Shown one piece after another: positions 61,250-64,000 of a DNA stretch of 64,000 nt (the first letter of the stretch is position 1; every line of letters begins with the position of its first letter). This stretch comes from an uncultured Oligoflexus sp. (lineage in GTDB: Bacteria > Bdellovibrionota_B > Oligoflexia > Oligoflexales > Oligoflexaceae). A program made the translations under genes and the position numbers. A model generated the notes under the pieces. That model ran no database searches, had not been told where the DNA came from, and saw nothing but the letters and a program-made list of their open reading frames with translations. The stretch lies in contig CAXSGP010000001.1 in assembly GCA_964236955.1 (NCBI GenBank), positions 53,911-117,910 on the forward strand, written 5' to 3'.

Positions 61250-61828
61250 TTAAAAATCATCTTCGCGATGATTGACGACCAAATTAACGTCCGTCACCCA
61301 AGTCTGCAGCACGTAGCGATCGGACTTCGTGGGTAATACCTCGTGAGGATGCGTAAGCTGCGCGGGAAACAAAACCATGAGTCCCTGACGAGGCTTAATC
61401 TTCACCCCTTGGACCGGGAAATGCAGCTCCCCCCCCTCCGGCACATCGTTTAGAAAGAAGATCACGGTAAGGTAGCGAAGACCATTTGCCGGTCGGACGG
61501 GACTCTGCGAATCATCGTGAAAGCCACAGGCGTCGCCGGTCTCATATTTGGCGACGATATATCCGTCGTTGATCCATTCCGCAATGCCCTTCGCCGTGAA
61601 GGGTTCGGGCAAACGAAAATAATCGCTGATGTAAGGATCGGCGATTTGGGTGGCCTTGGTCACTTCCCTGATCCAGGCCATCTGCTCGGATATATTTATA
61701 TAGCGACGGCTGGAATACTCCGGCTGAGGATCGACCTTTACGCCTTGGTCCTGATCAAACTTCTTCATCAAAGCAGCACAGAATTCAGCAGGTATAGCGT
61801 CGGCTATTTGCTTGATGTATTGCGGCAT
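61250..61828 (-). CDS. 2OG-Fe(II) oxygenase (prolyl-hydroxylase-like)
   Basis: HDD (HxD), FLND..EGGE..F, HEV, RY. Confidence 0.88.
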   Translation of the reverse strand: MPQYIKQIADAIPAEFCAALMKKFDQDQGVKVDPQPEYSSRRYINISEQMAWIREVTKATQIADPYISDYFRLPEPFTAKGIAEWINDGYIVAKYETGDACGFHDDSQSPVRPANGLRYLTVIFFLNDVPEGGELHFPVQGVKIKPRQGLMVLFPAQLTHPHEVLPTKSDRYVLQTWVTDVNLVVNHREDDF

Positions 61829-62099
61829 GGAATTTACCTCCTCTAGGCCCTAGCCTCCTATCATAAAGACCGATCTTTCCAAAGCGCATTCCACAGCTTT
61901 TCAAAAAAGCAAATTTTTCGCATATACATTGGCAATATGCAGTTTCTTTGGATAGACTCAATAAAGGTTAATAGACTGAATTTATTAATTTAAAGGAAAT
62001 TTATCCTAGCTTTCCACTGGCTTTAACGACCCGGGTTATTCTAATATAACTGAACATTGGCATTGAATATTGCAGCGACTGATGTAAATATATCGCTAT

Positions 62100-62138
62100 T
62101 AAACTATTATATGCACATATAATGCATATTTATAGCTG
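62100..62138 (+). promoter_or_regulatory. Putative tandem ARG boxes (ArgR operator)
   Basis: ATATGCA-N7-TGCATAT inner half-sites immediately before the arg operon. Confidence 0.5.
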
Positions 62139-62148
62139 GGGGAAAGTA

Positions 62149-62739
62149 ATGGAAACTGTCGTCATCCGGGTTGCTAGCGAAAAAGATGAAATTTTTGCGG
62201 GCAAAATTTGCGATGAGATGGAAGCAAGTGCCAAGGCCCGTGGAACCGGTATCGCTAAACGTTCGCCCTTATATCTCATTGAAAAGATGCGCAAAGCGCA
62301 AGCCTACATCGCGTTGGTGGAAGGTGATGTCGCAGGATTTTGTTACACCGAAACCTGGAGCGACGGCACCTATATCGCCAATTCAGGTCTTATTATATTT
62401 CCGGCTTTCCGTATGTCGGGGTTGGCCCGCAATCTGAAAAATTTCGCTTTTCAGGAATCACGCAAGGCGAATCCTCATGCCAAATTCTTTGGCCTGACCA
62501 CCAGCCTCGCGGTGATGAATATCAACAGCGAACTCGGCTATCGACCCGTTACTTTCAGTGAGCTGACCAAGGATGAGGAATTCTGGTCAAGCTGTCAAAG
62601 CTGCGTCAACTACCCGACTCTGCAAGCGAAGGAACGTAAAAATTGTTTTTGCACGGCGATGCTCTTTGACCCTCTATGGGAAGCCCGAAAGTTGGAACGT
62701 CAGAAGTCGAACAACGTTTTGAAAGTGCAAAACCTATGA
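62149..62739 (+). CDS. GNAT acetyltransferase, probable short N-acetylglutamate synthase
   Basis: SAKARGTGIAKR, GFCYTETW, FGLTTSLAVM, FWSSCQSC; ATGA overlap with argC. Confidence 0.75.
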   Translation: METVVIRVASEKDEIFAGKICDEMEASAKARGTGIAKRSPLYLIEKMRKAQAYIALVEGDVAGFCYTETWSDGTYIANSGLIIFPAFRMSGLARNLKNFAFQESRKANPHAKFFGLTTSLAVMNINSELGYRPVTFSELTKDEEFWSSCQSCVNYPTLQAKERKNCFCTAMLFDPLWEARKLERQKSNNVLKVQNL

Positions 62740-63698
62740 AAGCTGCTGTGATTGGTGCCGGTGGCTATGCAGGCGGAGAGCTCCTTCGCCTGCTTTTCGA
62801 CCATCCTATGATCGCCGAGGTGCAATGCCTTAGCGAGAGTCAGGCGGGCAAGCCTCTCAGTTCGGTACACGAGGATATGTTCGTCTATCCAGAAAAGTCT
62901 TTTACCAGCCAACTGTCGCCCTGTGACGTCGTTTTTCTTTGTGGCGACCACGGCCAGGCGCAGCAGCTGATCGATAGCCACCTCGTGCTCAGGAAGGCCA
63001 GACGTATTATCGATTTAAGTCAGGATTTTCGTGATAACTCGAATGGCTTCGTCTATGGGCTGAGCGAGGTCTATAGCGAACATATCCGGGCCAGCCTACG
63101 GGTTGCCAATCCCGGTTGCTTCGCAACCACGATTCAGCTCGCCCTTGCCCCTTTGGCTCATAAGACTTTGCTGAAAAGCGCCATTCATATCACGGCGATC
63201 ACCGGCTCGACCGGCGCCGGACAGAAGTTGCAAAAGACCTCGCATTTTTCGCAAAGAAACCAGAACGTCAGCACCTATAAAAGCTTCGACCACCAGCACC
63301 TGCCTGAAATCCGGCGCACCCTCGGCAGTCTGCAAGGGGAAGCGGCGGCAGTCCCTCCCTTATTTTTTGTGCCGGTTCGGGGACCTTTTACCCGTGGCAT
63401 ACTCGCTTCGCTCTACACGGAATTTGATGGCTCTGAAGGCGAGGCGCTGACAGTGTTTAATGACTATTATGCACAGGCGGAGTTTGTTCATGTTAGTGGC
63501 GACGAGGTGACGCTCAAAAGCGTGATCAACACCAATCATGTTCGGCTTCAGGTGCAATGTCATCAAGGCTTGATTCATATCGTGGCCTGCCTCGACAATC
63601 TGTTGAAGGGTGCAAGTGGACAGGCGATACAAAATCTCAACCTCATGATGGACTGGCCTATAGCAACCGGATTGCGTCTTAAACCTATTGCTTATTAA
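62736..63698 (+). CDS. argC: N-acetyl-gamma-glutamyl-phosphate reductase
   Basis: GAGGYAG, IDLSQDFR, ANPGCF, DNLLKGASGQA. Confidence 0.95.
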   Translation: MKAAVIGAGGYAGGELLRLLFDHPMIAEVQCLSESQAGKPLSSVHEDMFVYPEKSFTSQLSPCDVVFLCGDHGQAQQLIDSHLVLRKARRIIDLSQDFRDNSNGFVYGLSEVYSEHIRASLRVANPGCFATTIQLALAPLAHKTLLKSAIHITAITGSTGAGQKLQKTSHFSQRNQNVSTYKSFDHQHLPEIRRTLGSLQGEAAAVPPLFFVPVRGPFTRGILASLYTEFDGSEGEALTVFNDYYAQAEFVHVSGDEVTLKSVINTNHVRLQVQCHQGLIHIVACLDNLLKGASGQAIQNLNLMMDWPIATGLRLKPIAY

Positions 63699-63779
63699 GG
63701 CCTGACCTCACAGGGTGAGGAGCCAGGTCTGCCGGCAGATCAACGTGGCCATTTCGCAGCCACAGTAAGAGGAGTCACC

Positions 63780-64000
63780 ATGCATCCACTTGCCGTTTAT
63801 CCCAAGCTGGAACTTCAGTTGAAGAGTGCCAGGGGAGTTCGCCTGGAAACCTTGTCAGGCCAAAGCCTACTTGACTTTTATAGTGGCCACGGCGTCATTT
63901 CCATCGGCCATTCCCACCCAGCATGGGTCAAGCGCCTTGAAGAGCAGCTCTCTGGCTTAGCCTATTACTCAAACCTTGTGCCTCTTAAGGAACAGGAGGA
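63780..64000 (+). CDS. argD: Acetylornithine aminotransferase (partial)
   Basis: GAGGAG RBS; MHPLAVYPK...LDFYSGHGVISIGHSHP class-III aminotransferase N-terminus. Confidence 0.85.
   Translation, partial: MHPLAVYPKLELQLKSARGVRLETLSGQSLLDFYSGHGVISIGHSHPAWVKRLEEQLSGLAYYSNLVPLKEQE

Noticed and set aside
62057..62074. TTGGCATTGAATATTGCA as a sigma54 promoter for the arg operon
   Set aside because: GG-to-GC spacing is 11, not 10.
229..63632. Many alternative-frame and antisense ORFs in the track (e.g. 3688-4389, 18549-19256, 30172-30966, 47039-47851)
   Set aside because: They overlap well-supported genes and show no recognisable motifs; shadow ORFs.
1..64000. CRISPR arrays, tRNA/rRNA, IS elements, prophage
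   Set aside because: No spaced repeats, RNA-gene signatures, transposase, integrase or phage genes seen by eye.

Overview
Gene-dense chromosomal window, about 50 CDS. Gene content and a recurring sigma28-like promoter suggest Bdellovibrionota/Oligoflexia (inference). I saw no rRNA, tRNA, CRISPR array, integrase or transposase. Housekeeping genes include nadA, srkA, rlmM, kbl-tdh, apaG, mrcB, livKHMGF, hemH and a GNAT-argC-argD operon. Two uncharacterised systems stand out. (1) A compact minus-strand operon (28635-23993) encodes a VTC-type polyphosphate polymerase domain, a DUF4956 membrane protein, an exported beta-propeller, an OprO/OprP-like porin and a CotH kinase lipoprotein. It lies between a kinase-AAA-GAF-GGDEF gene and a priming sugar transferase, and is a candidate trans-envelope polyphosphate/phosphorylation machine. 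(2) A DUF2760 (GrpE-like, membrane-anchored) plus twin atypical Hsp70 operon (38007-43077). Also found: a FliA-like motif upstream of about seven genes, two sigma54-like promoters, an unannotated 42-aa gene, an LpoP-like lipoprotein and a TPR-wHTH regulator paired with a secreted protein. Family calls come from motif recognition by eye; no searches were run.
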